From positions 1 through 41,924 of the forward strand of contig NW_021836859.1 of assembly GCF_006345805.1 (NCBI RefSeq): a DNA stretch of 41,924 nt, written 5' to 3'. Shown in pieces: positions 1 to 11,389 of this stretch; within the stretch, counting starts at the first letter, position 1, and each line of letters starts with the position of its first letter. The notes beneath the pieces are model-generated. The model ran no database searches, was not told the origin of the DNA, and saw only the letters and a list, made by a program, of their open reading frames with translations. A program made the position numbers and the translations under genes. The DNA comes from Octopus sinensis. Lineage: Eukaryota.

Positions 1-78
1 AACTGTACACCGAACAGGAACGTGAAACTCTAACAGTTTTTCTTTTTATAATGCAGCTAAAGAAAAACTCAGTTTCCA

Positions 79-140
79 GTTAGGACTGGAGTCAGGGTTA
101 GGGTTAAAGTTAGAATTTAGGTTTAGGTTTTGGGTTTAGG
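79..140 (+). repeat. Degenerate TTAGGG-like interstitial repeat
   Basis: cagggttagggttaaagttagaatttaggtttaggttttgggtttagg: runs of TTAGG(G) variants. Confidence 0.5.
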
Positions 141-240
141 ATATAAAGTTTAACATTAGAAATTGCTCTAACACTAAGAGTGATGTCCAAAAATTTTGTT
201 TTAAATATATAGGATGCGACTAAAGAAATCCTGTATATTA

Positions 241-659
241 CAGGTTGTGAAAAAGGCCCAAGCTAAACGTTATTAAAACGGATATTTTTAAAACGCTAAA
301 ATGAAAGAATATAGTCTGTTTCATTTGGTTTCGAAAACAATATCCCCCAAATGATGGTTTCTAGTCACATCATACTGTTGTAGTCAATTTCCGGTGGTAT
401 TTCTGATGGTATTTCTGGTGGCATTTCCGGTGGTATTTCTGAAATTGTTTGGCGTATAACAGTCTTTAATTCGTTAATGGTTGTTGGTTGATATTTGTTA
501 GCCTCGCCTTTCAAGTGACCCCAGAGAAAATAATCGCAAGGGGTTAGCTCAGACGAGTTTTCAGGTCATCCGCTTAAGATCAATTGTTTTGGAAACAGTT
601 CTCTCAAAATTTCTGTTGATCTTTTCGCTGTGTGAGCGGTGGCTCCATCTTGTTGAAAC
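241..659 (-). mobile_element. Tc1/mariner-type transposase relic (C-terminal half plus one terminus)
   Basis: Minus strand reads FQQDGATAHTAKRSTEILRELFPKQLILSG*PENSSELTPCDYFLWGHLK...HHLGDIVFETK*, the typical QDGA and SPDL-P-D-FLWG-LK motifs with a W-to-stop lesion. The end TA|CAGGTTGTG at 239-249 resembles a TIR with a TA target. A 12-bp internal expansion (EIPP-like) lies at about 389-440. Confidence 0.85.
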
Positions 660-890
660 TGCTCGAACATCGTGCCTTGCCCCAGTTCACGTCTGACCAG
701 ACTGGAGCAGCTACTCTTCCGCTTTGTATGGAAAGGACGTTTCTTTATTGGTTGGGCGCTCCATTTGTTGTCAACATCCGCTGAATGGAGGACTGGGCAT
801 GCCGTGGTTGATGATATACAGACATGCGCGGAGGCCACAACATATCCAGCAATTCCTTGACGATAAGCAGGTGTGATCGTCGTTTGTGAG
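660..890 (+). mobile_element. Tx1/L1-clade LINE ORF2 fragment (region downstream of RT), frameshifted
   Basis: IVPCPSSRLTRLEQLLFRFVWKGR, then after a frameshift VGRSICCQHPLNGGLGMPWL. These match the F-W-K-G and GGLG-P motifs of Tx1/L1 ORF2. Confidence 0.7.
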
Positions 891-892
891 AC

Positions 893-1005
893 CCAGGGTG
901 ACTTTGCCTTTCATCGTTTCGGAGTCGATAAAATAAGTACCAGAACCCTGGGGCCAACGTAATCGACTTACCCCTCCCCCGAAATTGCTAACCTTATGCC
1001 AAAAT
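893..1005 (+). mobile_element. SINE family A, 3' portion
   Basis: gactttgcctttcatcgtttcggagtcgataaaataagtacc...cccctcccccgaaattgct, shared with many copies in the window. Confidence 0.75.
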
Positions 1006-1006
1006 C

Positions 1007-1016
1007 ATAATCATCG

Positions 1017-1069
<53 letters not shown>

Positions 1070-1099
1070 GTCATCATCATCATCGTCAACGTCATCATC

Positions 1100-1132
<33 letters not shown>

Positions 1133-1188
1133 CATCATCAACGTCGTCGTCATCATCATCATCATCATCGTCGTCGTCGTCGTCGTCG

Positions 1189-1225
<37 letters not shown>

Positions 1226-1231
1226 TATTAT

Positions 1232-1308
<77 letters not shown>
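1007..1308 (+). repeat. Compound (CAT)n/(CGT)n/(ATT)n microsatellite
   Basis: Direct inspection; source of the poly-H/I/S/L ORFs. Confidence 0.95.
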
Positions 1309-1309
<1 letters not shown>

Positions 1310-1886
1310 CAAATCTACCCGTCTACGATGGAGGCATAAAATGAGGGAGGGAAGTCATAGCAGCATTATGTATTGAGAAATGTGTAAATGGACTTTGATA
1401 GGATTACTGGGTGATGTCTTAGAGAAATCACCTTATTGTTGGTGATACAGCATTCTATTACAGCTGTATGACATATGTTTGTGACTAAGTAACATGTGAT
1501 GACGATTCACTTCGGAACTGAAACAGGCTTCCAGCCTCTGCATCACGAATGGTTATGTGGACCACTCCTAACGAAAGCCAGAGATTCCTGCGACCACTAC
1601 ATAAAAAAAGTATTAAGAAAACAAATGTCATTTAGCAATAATAATTCTCTAAGGACACCTTGATGGTCTCAGCCTATCTGGTGACGTTGATGATCGCCTG
1701 GGGCTAAATGCATCAGTAACACCCCCACCGCCCTGCCCTGTCCCTAGCCACATTCAAATGTTATGAAATGTTATTTAGATATACTTTTATTTCAGTTGTT
1801 TACACTATTCTACGCTTGTTTATACTCTTATACATTCAAAGTTCACAAATTTCCTTATTTAAATTATAAATCATATTCCTTTCATT

Positions 1887-2273
1887 GGATGGAAGCACTC
1901 CGTTGGTTACGACGATGAGGGTTCCGGTTGATCCGAATCAACGGAACAGCCTGCTCGTGAAATTAACGTGTAAGTGGCTGAGCACTCCACAGACACGTGC
2001 ACCCTTAACGTAGTTCTCGGGGATATTCAGCGTGACACAGTGAGTGACAAGGCCGGCCCTTTGAAATACAGATACAACAGAAACAGGAAGTAAGAGTGAG
2101 AGAAAGTTGTGGTGAAAGAGTACAGCAGGGATCGCCACTATCCCTGCCGGAGCCTTGTGGAGCTTTAGGTGTTTTCGCTCAATAAACACTCACAACGCCC
2201 GGTCTGGGAATCGAAACCGCGATCCTATGACCGCGAGTCCGCTGCCCTAACCACTGGGCCATTGCGCCTCCAC
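1887..2273 (-). mobile_element. tRNA-derived SINE (family B head with family C tail), full length with TSD
   Basis: Head ggaggcgcaatggcccagtggttagggcagcggactcgcggtc...gtttcgattccc (A/B-box-like). Flanked by attcc(t/c)ttcatt at about 1875-1886 and 2274-2285. Confidence 0.85.
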
Positions 2274-2649
2274 ATTCCCTTCATTAATACCAATATGATT
2301 ACAAAACTTCTTTGTAGACGATATTTTCTATTTGGTTGACACTAATTTCCAAATTACTGGACTCTGTTGCTCTACTCATAGCAACGTATAACTGGCCGTG
2401 TGCAGACATCGGAGTGGGTAAAAATATACCTACACGATCTAAAGTCTGACCCTGTGCCTTGTTTGCCATGAATGCGCGAGTGGAATCTTAAGGGTTGCAA
2501 AAAATCAAATTATGACTTACTTTTCACTGTAAAATAATGTTCCGGTAGCATGGGTTATTTTGATTGATAAAACTGAGATGTAAACAACAGCTCCTTCGAT
2601 TAACCGTTTCAAATCCTGCTCGAGATAAACAAAACACCCGTGTTTTCAG

Positions 2650-2841
2650 GGTGAATTATTCAAACACCAAAGAATTTCTCTTAACACATAGCTATGATGG
2701 TCCCCAACTACTTCTGCTCGTAAACAGAGATGCCACTAAGGGACATGCTCGACTGGTTAAGGTCAGACAACTGACAAACAACTCTGAGGTATTGAGCAGA
2801 ATATTTGCTGTAGTCCATCTTTTATACGAAGACAAAACAAT
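2650..2841 (+). CDS. Candidate coding exon of a divergent P-loop GTPase-like (AIG1/GIMAP-like) gene
   Basis: Acceptor ttttcag|G and donor AT|gtacat. Peptide VNYSNTKEFLLTHSYDGPQLLLLVNRDATKGHARLVK... resembles the GIMAP S-PGPH-FLLV segment. Family assignment is by eye only. Confidence 0.35.
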
Positions 2842-2935
2842 GTACATTGATAACACTTCCAATATCAGTTAAGATCAGAAGCCAGGAGAGCCACTGCTTG
2901 GTACTGTATCAGATCATTTATTATTATTATTATTA

Positions 2936-3011
<76 letters not shown>

Positions 3012-3053
3012 GAGGGCAGCTTGCTGCCAGAATTGTTAAAGTGTCGTTGATAA

Positions 3054-3283
3054 GGCGGCGAGCTGGCAGAAACGTTACCACGCCAGACGAAATGTGTAGC
3101 GGTATTTCGTTTGCCGCTACGTTCTGAGTTCAAATTCCGCCGAGGTCGACTTTGCCTTTCATCCTTTCGAGGTCGATAAATAAAGTACAAATTACGCACT
3201 TGAGTCGATGTAATCTACTTAATCCCTTTGTCTGTCCTTGTTTGTGCCCTCTATTTTTAGCCCCTTGTGGGTAGTAAAGAAAT
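3054..3283 (+). mobile_element. SINE family A, full length, nested in an older copy
   Basis: Head ggcggcgagctggcagaaacgttac, central gtcgactttgcctttcatcctttcg domain, tail ccccttgtgggtagtaaagaaat. The repeat gaattgttaaag(t/c)gtc occurs on both sides. Confidence 0.9.
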
Positions 3284-3561
3284 GAGAATTGTTAAAGCGT
3301 CAGGCAAAATATCCTGGCAGTATATTTTTCGATTACTTGCGTTTCTGAATTCAAATTCCGTCTGAATCAATTTTGCCCTCCACTCCTTCGGGTACGCTAA
3401 AAAACAACAACAAATAAATAAATAAATAAAGTAGCAATCAAAAATCGGTCAATATAACCAGCAAGTTCAATCTCCTCAAGTCTGCCGGCCTTGTGCTAAA
3501 ATTAGCCAGAGTTTTAGTTTATAGTTGTTATCATTGTTGTTGCAGTTGTTGTGTCATTGGG

Positions 3562-3567
<6 letters not shown>

Positions 3568-3624
<57 letters not shown>

Positions 3625-3675
3625 GTAATAATAATAATAATAATAACGATGATAATAATAGTAATAATAATAATA

Positions 3676-3716
<41 letters not shown>

Positions 3717-3735
3717 ATAAAAATAATAATAATGA
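3568..3735 (+). repeat. (AAT)n microsatellite
   Basis: Direct inspection. Confidence 0.95.
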
Positions 3736-3959
3736 TATTTGACATCTATTTTAATGTGCAAAGTTATCTTTCATAGTGTCTGAGAAGCAGTAACGGATGT
3801 CAATGGAGCGTGAAACTGATTCAGGTGAGGCTGGTAAGGAGCAGCTTGCAGGCGGTGCTCGGAGAGCTGAGAAACGTTAAGAAGAACAACAACGATAATG
3901 TTGATGGTCTTGACGGAGACGATGGGGTTTGATAATGGCGAGGAGAATGGATGATGGGG

Positions 3960-4017
3960 TAATGATGACAGCGATGATGATGATGGTGATGATGGTGATG
4001 ATGGTGATGATGATGAC

Positions 4018-4048
<31 letters not shown>

Positions 4049-4059
4049 CTGATGATGAC

Positions 4060-4108
<49 letters not shown>

Positions 4109-4120
4109 GATGATGGTGGT
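3960..4120 (+). repeat. (GAT)n microsatellite
   Basis: Direct inspection. Confidence 0.95.
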
Positions 4121-4235
4121 GGCACTATAATGTAGATATGTCCCAAAGTGTATTTCTTGGCAAAAATGCATGACTGACAGATAAACAATAAAAATCAAGA
4201 AAATACGAAAACAAGAATATATATATATATATAGA

Positions 4236-4267
<32 letters not shown>

Positions 4268-4398
4268 TTATACTATATATATATATATGCATACATAGAT
4301 ACATATATACTTATATATAAATATGTACATACAAGCAGACATACATACATACATATATTTATATATATATACATACATATACACATATGTACATATGA

Positions 4399-4442
<44 letters not shown>

Positions 4443-4604
4443 TGTATCCAAACACATGTATGATGTAGTAAGAATTTGCAATAATGCATAGTATTAAAAG
4501 AAAATAGAATAACAAACACACAGACACACACACGCGCATGCGTGCACGCAAACGCACGCACACACACACACATACACACACGCGCATTCTATTTGTTTGT
4601 ACAG

Positions 4605-4660
4605 AGTTAGAACCCCTAGGGATGAACTAGAAAAAAGAAAAACGAAGGAAATTATAGACC
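4605..4660 (+). CDS. Candidate short exon of the same putative GTPase-like gene
   Basis: Acceptor tttgtttgtacag|A (phase 2, matching the preceding donor); weak donor C|gtgtca (phase 1). Peptide (I)VRTPRDELEKRKTKEIID resembles G4-like T-x-x-D-E-L. Confidence 0.3.
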
Positions 4661-4719
4661 GTGTCAAGCTGAAAAAAGCACATCCGAAACACACACACAC
4701 ACACACGCATGTATTTATT

Positions 4720-4760
<41 letters not shown>

Positions 4761-4866
4761 ACATACACACACAATGCATTGGGGTCTTGCAACAATGTAT
4801 AGTTTTTATTAAAAAAAAAACAACGAAAGATGTAGCAGAACCACAGTTTATATTATTTGTTCAAAG

Positions 4867-5048
4867 GTGGATCTCCCAGGGATGAAGTGTTTTTGTTTGA
4901 AAACCGTCCAATATTGCCAGCAGAGAGAATGCAAAGGTTTCTAGAACCATATTTGGCTGGCATAACAGAAAACAGATTTTCATGGCACCTCAGATTATGG
5001 ACTACTTTCATTGAGTGGGTAGCGAAATACTTTTTGCAGAGAGCTTAA
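4867..5048 (+). CDS. Candidate terminal exon of the same putative gene
   Basis: Acceptor tttgttcaaag|GT (phase 1, matching). Open, non-repetitive frame GSPRDEVFLFENRPILPAERMQRFLEPYLAGITENRFSWHLRLWTTFIEWVAKYFLQRA*. Confidence 0.4.
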
Positions 5049-5063
5049 TGCAAACATTTGATG

Positions 5064-5156
<93 letters not shown>

Positions 5157-5292
5157 TTGTGTGTGTGGTGTATACGGATGTCTATATTATGGTTATTGGT
5201 TAGAATATTATATAATTATTAGAAATATAAATCTCCCTCTGTGCGTGTAACACTTGTGTATACTGCCACAAATAAATATATTCACCTACTTA

Positions 5293-5358
<66 letters not shown>

Positions 5359-5627
5359 TGCGCGAGAGAGAGAGAGAAAGAAGGAGGGAGGAAGCGGGAG
5401 AGATATTGACAGATATCTATCTATCTGTCTGTCTGTCATTTTTTCTATGCATTCTTATATAAGAGTGTTGTTGACAGACTTCGAAGATTCGGTCAGCTAA
5501 GCAATCGTTGGACTTCGAAGTCACTGTCGACAATATTCTCGTATAAGAATAATAAATTTGTACTCTACAAAAGTCCATCAGATCAATGTACAACCGTTTT
5601 GTTTTTTAAAATTATAACTGAACATAA

Positions 5628-5840
5628 GGCGGCGAGCTGGCAGAATCGTTAGTATGCCGGACAAAATGCTTAGCGGTATTTCGTCCGTTCTTACGTTCTG
5701 TGTTCATATTCCGCTGAGGTCGACTTTGGTCTTCGTTCCTTCGGGGTTGATAGAAACAAGTGCCATTTGAGCACTGGGATCGATGCAATCAACTTATCCC
5801 CTCCCCCAAAATTACTGGTCTTGTGCCAAAATTTGAAACC
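5628..5840 (+). mobile_element. SINE family A (tail type 2)
   Basis: Same head and central domain; tail cccctcccccaaaattactggtcttgtgccaaaatttgaaacc. Confidence 0.9.
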
Positions 5841-5961
5841 ATAAAACAGAACATAAAAACAAACCTTAATATCTATGTATTTATCCATTTAGTATCAGTA
5901 CTGTTCACATTCACACAAACACATAAGTGTGCAAATCATGTCTGTACATAAGATATTTTTT

Positions 5962-6045
<84 letters not shown>

Positions 6046-6046
<1 letters not shown>

Positions 6047-6262
6047 CCATTTCTTTATTGCCCACAAGGGGCTAAACATAGAGGGGACAAACAAGGACAG
6101 ACAAAGGGATTAAGTCGATTATATCGACCCCAGTGCGTAATCGACCCTGAACGGATGAAAGGCAAAGTCGACCTCGGCAGAATTTGAACTCAGAACGTAG
6201 CGGCAGACGAAATACCTCTAAGCATTTCGCCCGGCGTGCTAACGTTTCTACCAAGCTCGCCA
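6046..6262 (-). mobile_element. SINE family A (tail type 1)
   Basis: Reverse complement of the 3054-3283 element. Confidence 0.9.
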
Positions 6263-6551
6263 TCTTCATAAAACTGAATATTGACATGTATACGTCCGTA
6301 CGTCCGTACATACATACAATACAAATACAATCTGTTTGTAAATATATGCAAGATTTTTCTGAAGTCCAAAATCTGAATTTGTTTTTCATATCTACATTGA
6401 AACGATGGAGCTTTGCAGCTTTGTTAGAAACCAGCTTCTTCCTTACAGAAAGACGTCACATACTTAAAAACAGAAGAGAACATATATATACATATATACA
6501 TGCATATAGAGAAAAACGCACCTACACACACACACACCTCTATACACGCAC

Positions 6552-6623
<72 letters not shown>

Positions 6624-6949
6624 CATATATATATGTAATTCTTAAGCAAGAATATCATGGAAAGTTGCTTAACTGGACGAAACTTCGAAATCACTGTCAA
6701 AGATATTCTTGCTTAAGAATAATAACACAATTCTACAAAAGTATAGAGAAAGCCGTCAGATTAATGTAAAATTGTTTTTACTATAGATTCAAATTACGAT
6801 GAACGTAAACAAACAAACGAAGTTTGCTTTAGAAGCGTTCAGATGTCTTAGCAAGTTAAAGAAGTGAATTTTAAATTCTCAAACGCAGGATGATGCTAAT
6901 GATAAAGCCTGAACAGGATAAGCTACCCCTATTTTGCAGAAAAAAGTGT

Positions 6950-7028
6950 TGGCGGCTTGCCATGAGACTCGAACGCACATCTCCGTGATTACACGTCGCG
7001 GTGCTCTCAACTATTGAGCTAAACCGCC
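6950..7028 (-). tRNA. tRNA-like sequence or pseudo-tRNA (possible TGT anticodon) with a downstream T6 run
   Basis: Acceptor stem GGCGGTT/AGCCGCC+A, D arm GCTC..GAGC, GTTCGA T-loop, loop CGTGTAA. It has a 4-nt insertion before the 3' acceptor strand, a non-U at position 33, and TTTTTT 5 nt downstream. Confidence 0.4.
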
Positions 7029-7296
7029 CAACAGAACGTAAAGAACGTCGGCACATTGGGCGAAATGCTTAGTGGTATTTCGTCTGCCGTTACGTTCTGA
7101 GTTCAAATTTCGCCGAGGTCGACTTTGCCTTTCATCCTTTCGGGGTCGATGTAATCGACTTAATCCGTTTGTCTGTCCTTGCTTGTCCCCTTTGTGTCTA
7201 GCTCCTTGTAGGCAGTAAAGAAATAAGAACGTAAAAAACACACGCACATGCACACTCTCTCTCTCTCTCACACACACATACACACACACGCACGCA

Positions 7297-7330
<34 letters not shown>

Positions 7331-7334
<4 letters not shown>

Positions 7335-7450
7335 TTGTGCTGAAAAGTTCCTGGCTTTGGGTAAAAGAAAATAAAGGAGGATCTGTTAATTATGATTTTA
7401 TTCAACATATTTCCCTCTCAGATTCACACACTTATTGCAGCGGTTCTTTG
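7331..7450 (+). mobile_element. Mariner-like terminal fragment
   Basis: cgagttgtgctgaaaagttcctggcttt...ttttattcaacatatttccctctcagattcacacacttattgcagcgg resembles mariner termini; recognised from memory, not searched. Confidence 0.5.
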
Positions 7451-7591
7451 TGGTTTGAGTCAAATTTCAACTCATTGACTGAATATAATTTTCATAAAAG
7501 ACATTAAAAAAAGCCATTGTTATAATGGAGAGGGTCACTTTTTGCCAATAAAACACTCGCGCTATTTATTTGATCTTCACTTTAGTTTTAT

Positions 7592-7622
7592 GACTACTAC
7601 TACTACTACAACAACAACAACA

Positions 7623-7700
<78 letters not shown>
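7592..7700 (+). repeat. (TAC)n/(CAA)n microsatellite
   Basis: Direct inspection. Confidence 0.95.
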
Positions 7701-7701
<1 letters not shown>

Positions 7702-8019
7702 AGGTAGAGCGCTGACAGAACCAGTGCGCGTGTTTAATTGGCAAAAGATGACCACTCTCGAGTGTAAAAATATCTGTTTTAATACACGGTTTCACATCAA
7801 GAATCTTGCAAAACAAACAAATAAACGTAATAAAAAATCTGTTCGTTATATGATTTGTTCGTTTATATGCATGGGAAATCTACTCGTGGAATGTTGTTAA
7901 GGTTTCAGTTCGTTAAGCGAACTGGCTCCTAGTAACTAATATGTACGTGTCGTATACTCGTGGTTCGTTGATCAAATTTCAGCTCGTTATGCGAGTTTAG
8001 TTTTCTTAAAAAAAAAAAC

Positions 8020-8420
8020 CCTTGTGGAGAGTAAAGAAGTAGGTATTTCGTCTGCCGTTACGTTCTGAGTTCAAATTCCGCCGAGGTCGACTTTGCCTTT
8101 CATCCTTTCGGGGTCGATAAATTAATTACCAGCTACGCACTGGGGTCGATATAATCGACTTAATCCTTTTGTCTGTCCTTGTTTGTCCCTTCTGTGTTTA
8201 GCCACTTGTGGGCAATAAAGAAATAATAAGAACCGTTAGTCAGCCGGGCAAGATGCGAAGCGGCCGTTCATCTGTCTCTATGTTCTGAGTTCAAATTCCA
8301 CCGAGGTCGACTTTACCTTTCATCCTTTCGGGGTTGATAAAATAAGAACCAATTGAATCTTGGGGGTCGATTTAATCAACTACCCCTCCCCCAAATTTCT
8401 AGCCTTGTGCCTATAGTAGA
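8020..8420 (+). mobile_element. Tandem SINE family A copies, the first one headless
   Basis: Starts in a tail (cccttgtggagagtaaagaagtagg), joins to tatttcgtctgccg body plus tail, then a second copy with tail type 2. Confidence 0.85.
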
Positions 8421-8427
8421 AAAGATA

Positions 8428-8461
<34 letters not shown>

Positions 8462-9197
8462 TAATAAAGAAAATATATGCATACATACATACGTATATGT
8501 ACGTACCTATATCTACATGTATATATACATGCATATATAAATATATATACGTGAGTACAGGACACCACAACTAGACGTAGAACTCAACGAGAAACGAAAA
8601 CGTAAAAACAAGCATGGAACGGACCTTTTTTTAACAACGAAAAACAGGGTACAAGACAAACTACACAAGGAAAAATCCCCTCACATCAGCTGTCCCTAGT
8701 TCAACTCCAGCGTGTTTCGAAGGTGAGGACAGAACACGACTCGTCGAACTAACCCTTCCTGCGAAAGAATTAAATAAAATTACTTCGCAGAGGGGTAAAA
8801 ACAAGGAAAGAAAAAAATGTGACATTCATGCGTGTGTGTGCGCGCGCGCGCGTCTGTGTGTTTATTTTGCCAATCAGAGACATGAAACTCGGAGTTATGA
8901 AATTTGAACTCCCGGGTGTATAAACATATGATGCTGTGTGAGATCGAGTACTCTTTCTCTTTTCTTTCTTGTTTCCAATGATGTCTTTGCGTTCAACCGA
9001 TCACACACACACACGCACACGCACGCACACAGATACACACACATAAATGCACGCATACACACATACATACATATATAAATATATATATGTATATATGCTT
9101 ACATATGTTTATATAAATATATATATATATATATGTGTATGTATGTATATATGTATGTATGTATATATATATACGTATGTATTTATGAAGATATCTC

Positions 9198-9256
<59 letters not shown>

Positions 9257-9727
9257 GTGTGTGTGTGTGTGTTTAGATACGTACATATATGCATATACTC
9301 ACGCACACACCACATACACACCCAAACACACACACACACACACACACACACATACTTATTCATGTAAGCGGCGAACTGAAGTAAGTACGGCAGTGCGTGG
9401 TTGGGTAGGGTTACAGAGAAAGTTAGTCAGTTCACAAAACGAACGCCCAAGATATATTTTTTCAATACTTTTACTACGAATGAAGGAAGACAAGAACAAA
9501 AAAAAACGACAGCAGAAAAACAACAACTAAAACAACAAAAACCACAAATTCATAAGAATAAAAGTGAAAATAAAAACGGAATAAGAAGAGGCGTGAGACG
9601 ATAGGAAAGAATACACCTATCACTGGTTTTACCTTATCCAGAATTGAATATAATGCAAGACATTTTACTTTCAATGTGACCTCCAAAGTAAAGCGGGGGC
9701 GATCTTGGGAACTAGCATTTATTTATT

Positions 9728-9786
<59 letters not shown>

Positions 9787-9787
9787 T

Positions 9788-9837
<50 letters not shown>

Positions 9838-9838
<1 letters not shown>

Positions 9839-10200
9839 CTATTTCTTTACTACCCACAAGGGGCTAAACACAGAGGGGACAAACAAGGACAGACATAGGT
9901 ATTAAGCCGATTACATCGACCCCCCGAAAGGATGAAAGCCAAATTCGACCTCGGCGGAATTTGAACTCAGAACGTAACCGCAGACGAACTACCTATTTCT
10001 TTACTGCCCACAAGGGGCTAAACACAGAGAGGACCAACAAGGACAGACAAACGGATTAAGTCGATTATATGGTAACTGGTACTTAATTAATCGATCCCGA
10101 AAGAACAAAAGGCAAAGTCGACCTCGGCAGAATTTGAACTCAGAACGTAACGGCAGACGAAATACGGCTACGCATTTCGCCTGGCTTCGTGGTATTTCTT
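9838..10200 (-). mobile_element. Dimeric SINE family A
   Basis: Two body-plus-tail units joined at aaagaaatagg|tagttcgtctgc; followed on the minus strand by (TAG)n. Confidence 0.85.
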
Positions 10201-11029
10201 TTGGCTCTGTACAATCTGAGTTCAAATCCCACCGATGTCAATTTAGCCTTTAATCGTTTCGGAGTCAATATCACAAAGCACCAATTGAGCCCTGGGTTCG
10301 ATGTAATCGGGTGACCCCCGGCTCTAAATTTACATATCTTGTACCAAAAATTGAAGTAATTAATAAGGAGGAAAGCTGGCAGAATCGGTAGCACCCCGGA
10401 CTTAGCGATATTTATTCCGATTTTATGTTCTCAGTTCAAATGCCACCGAGGTCGACTTCACTTACCTTCCTTTCGAGGTCGATATAATAAGTACCAGTTA
10501 AGCACTGTGGTTGATGTCATCGACTGGCTCCCACCTACCCATTTTCTTTTGCGCTATTTTCAACCAATCCCAGTGTTCAGCTGGCATTTATTCTATCGAC
10601 CCCGAAAGGATGAAATGCAAAGTCAACCTCGACGAAATTTGAATACCGAAAGTAAAGACGGACAGAATCCCGCTAAGCATTTTGTCCGTCTCCATCTTCT
10701 GAATTCAAACTGGAATTTGTTGATCCTTTTATTTCTTATTTGTAGTTCCTTATTCTACAATGCCTCCCCAAGTCTCGTTTGGGACAAAATCATATTTAAA
10801 AAAATGTATTTGCGCTCAAATCTCGGCGAGATTAATTTTTTTATTCATTCTTTCGAGAACGACTTTGTTTTTCGTCCTTTCGGTGTCGATGAAATAACTA
10901 CCAATTGACTATTAGAGTCGATATGATCGAAATAACCCTTCCACCCCAACCCCACCAAATTTCAGGACTTGTGCTTAGAGTAGAAAGAGTTATTTTGCCC
11001 CGTAACCAGATCCCATCCAAATTGTCTGA

Positions 11030-11195
11030 AATGGTAAAAGAAAACGTACATTATTTACATTATTTATATTTGACGGATATTTGTCCTCATCTTGTTTGTT
11101 TTAACACAACGTTTCGGCTGATTTACCCTCCAGCCTTCATCAGGTGTCTTGGGGAAATTTTGAACCTGGGTTCTCATTCCTAAGGTATTTTTATT
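11030..11195 (-). mobile_element. Penelope-like terminal repeat fragment
   Basis: Inverted homologue of 11390-11537; a third copy lies at 33785-33920. Carries a hammerhead core. Confidence 0.6.
11103..11148 (-). ncRNA. Minimal type I hammerhead ribozyme motif (intact core)
   Basis: gacac-CTGATGA-a-ggctg(gagggtaaat)cagcc-GAAA-CG-TT-gtgtt. Stem I gacac/gtgtt, stem II ggctg/cagcc, palindromic ACGT stem III, GUU cleavage triplet. Confidence 0.7.
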
Positions 11196-11203
11196 GTTGT
11201 TAT

Positions 11204-11268
11204 GGCGTAGTGGTTAAGAGCGCGGGCTACTAACCCAAAGATTCCGAGTTCGATACCAGGCAGTAACC

Positions 11269-11270
<2 letters not shown>
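11204..11270 (+). mobile_element. tRNA-derived SINE head followed by (AAT)n
   Basis: ggcgtagtggttaagagcgcgggctactaacccaaagattccgagttcgatacc has A- and B-box-like motifs. Confidence 0.65.
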
Positions 11271-11304
<34 letters not shown>

Positions 11305-11313
11305 GTAATAATG

Positions 11314-11361
<48 letters not shown>

Positions 11362-11389
11362 TACTCTCTTTACTCTTCCAACAACATCA

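Noticed and set aside
1390-1640. Degenerate G1/G3-like peptides (LIGLLGDVLEKS; RMVMWTTPNESQRF) as upstream exons of the GTPase-like gene
   Set aside because: They lie in different frames with in-frame stops, and the splice phases do not match exon 2650.
8690-8755. Additional hammerhead-like motif on the minus strand
   Set aside because: The core lacks CUGA and stem II does not pair convincingly.
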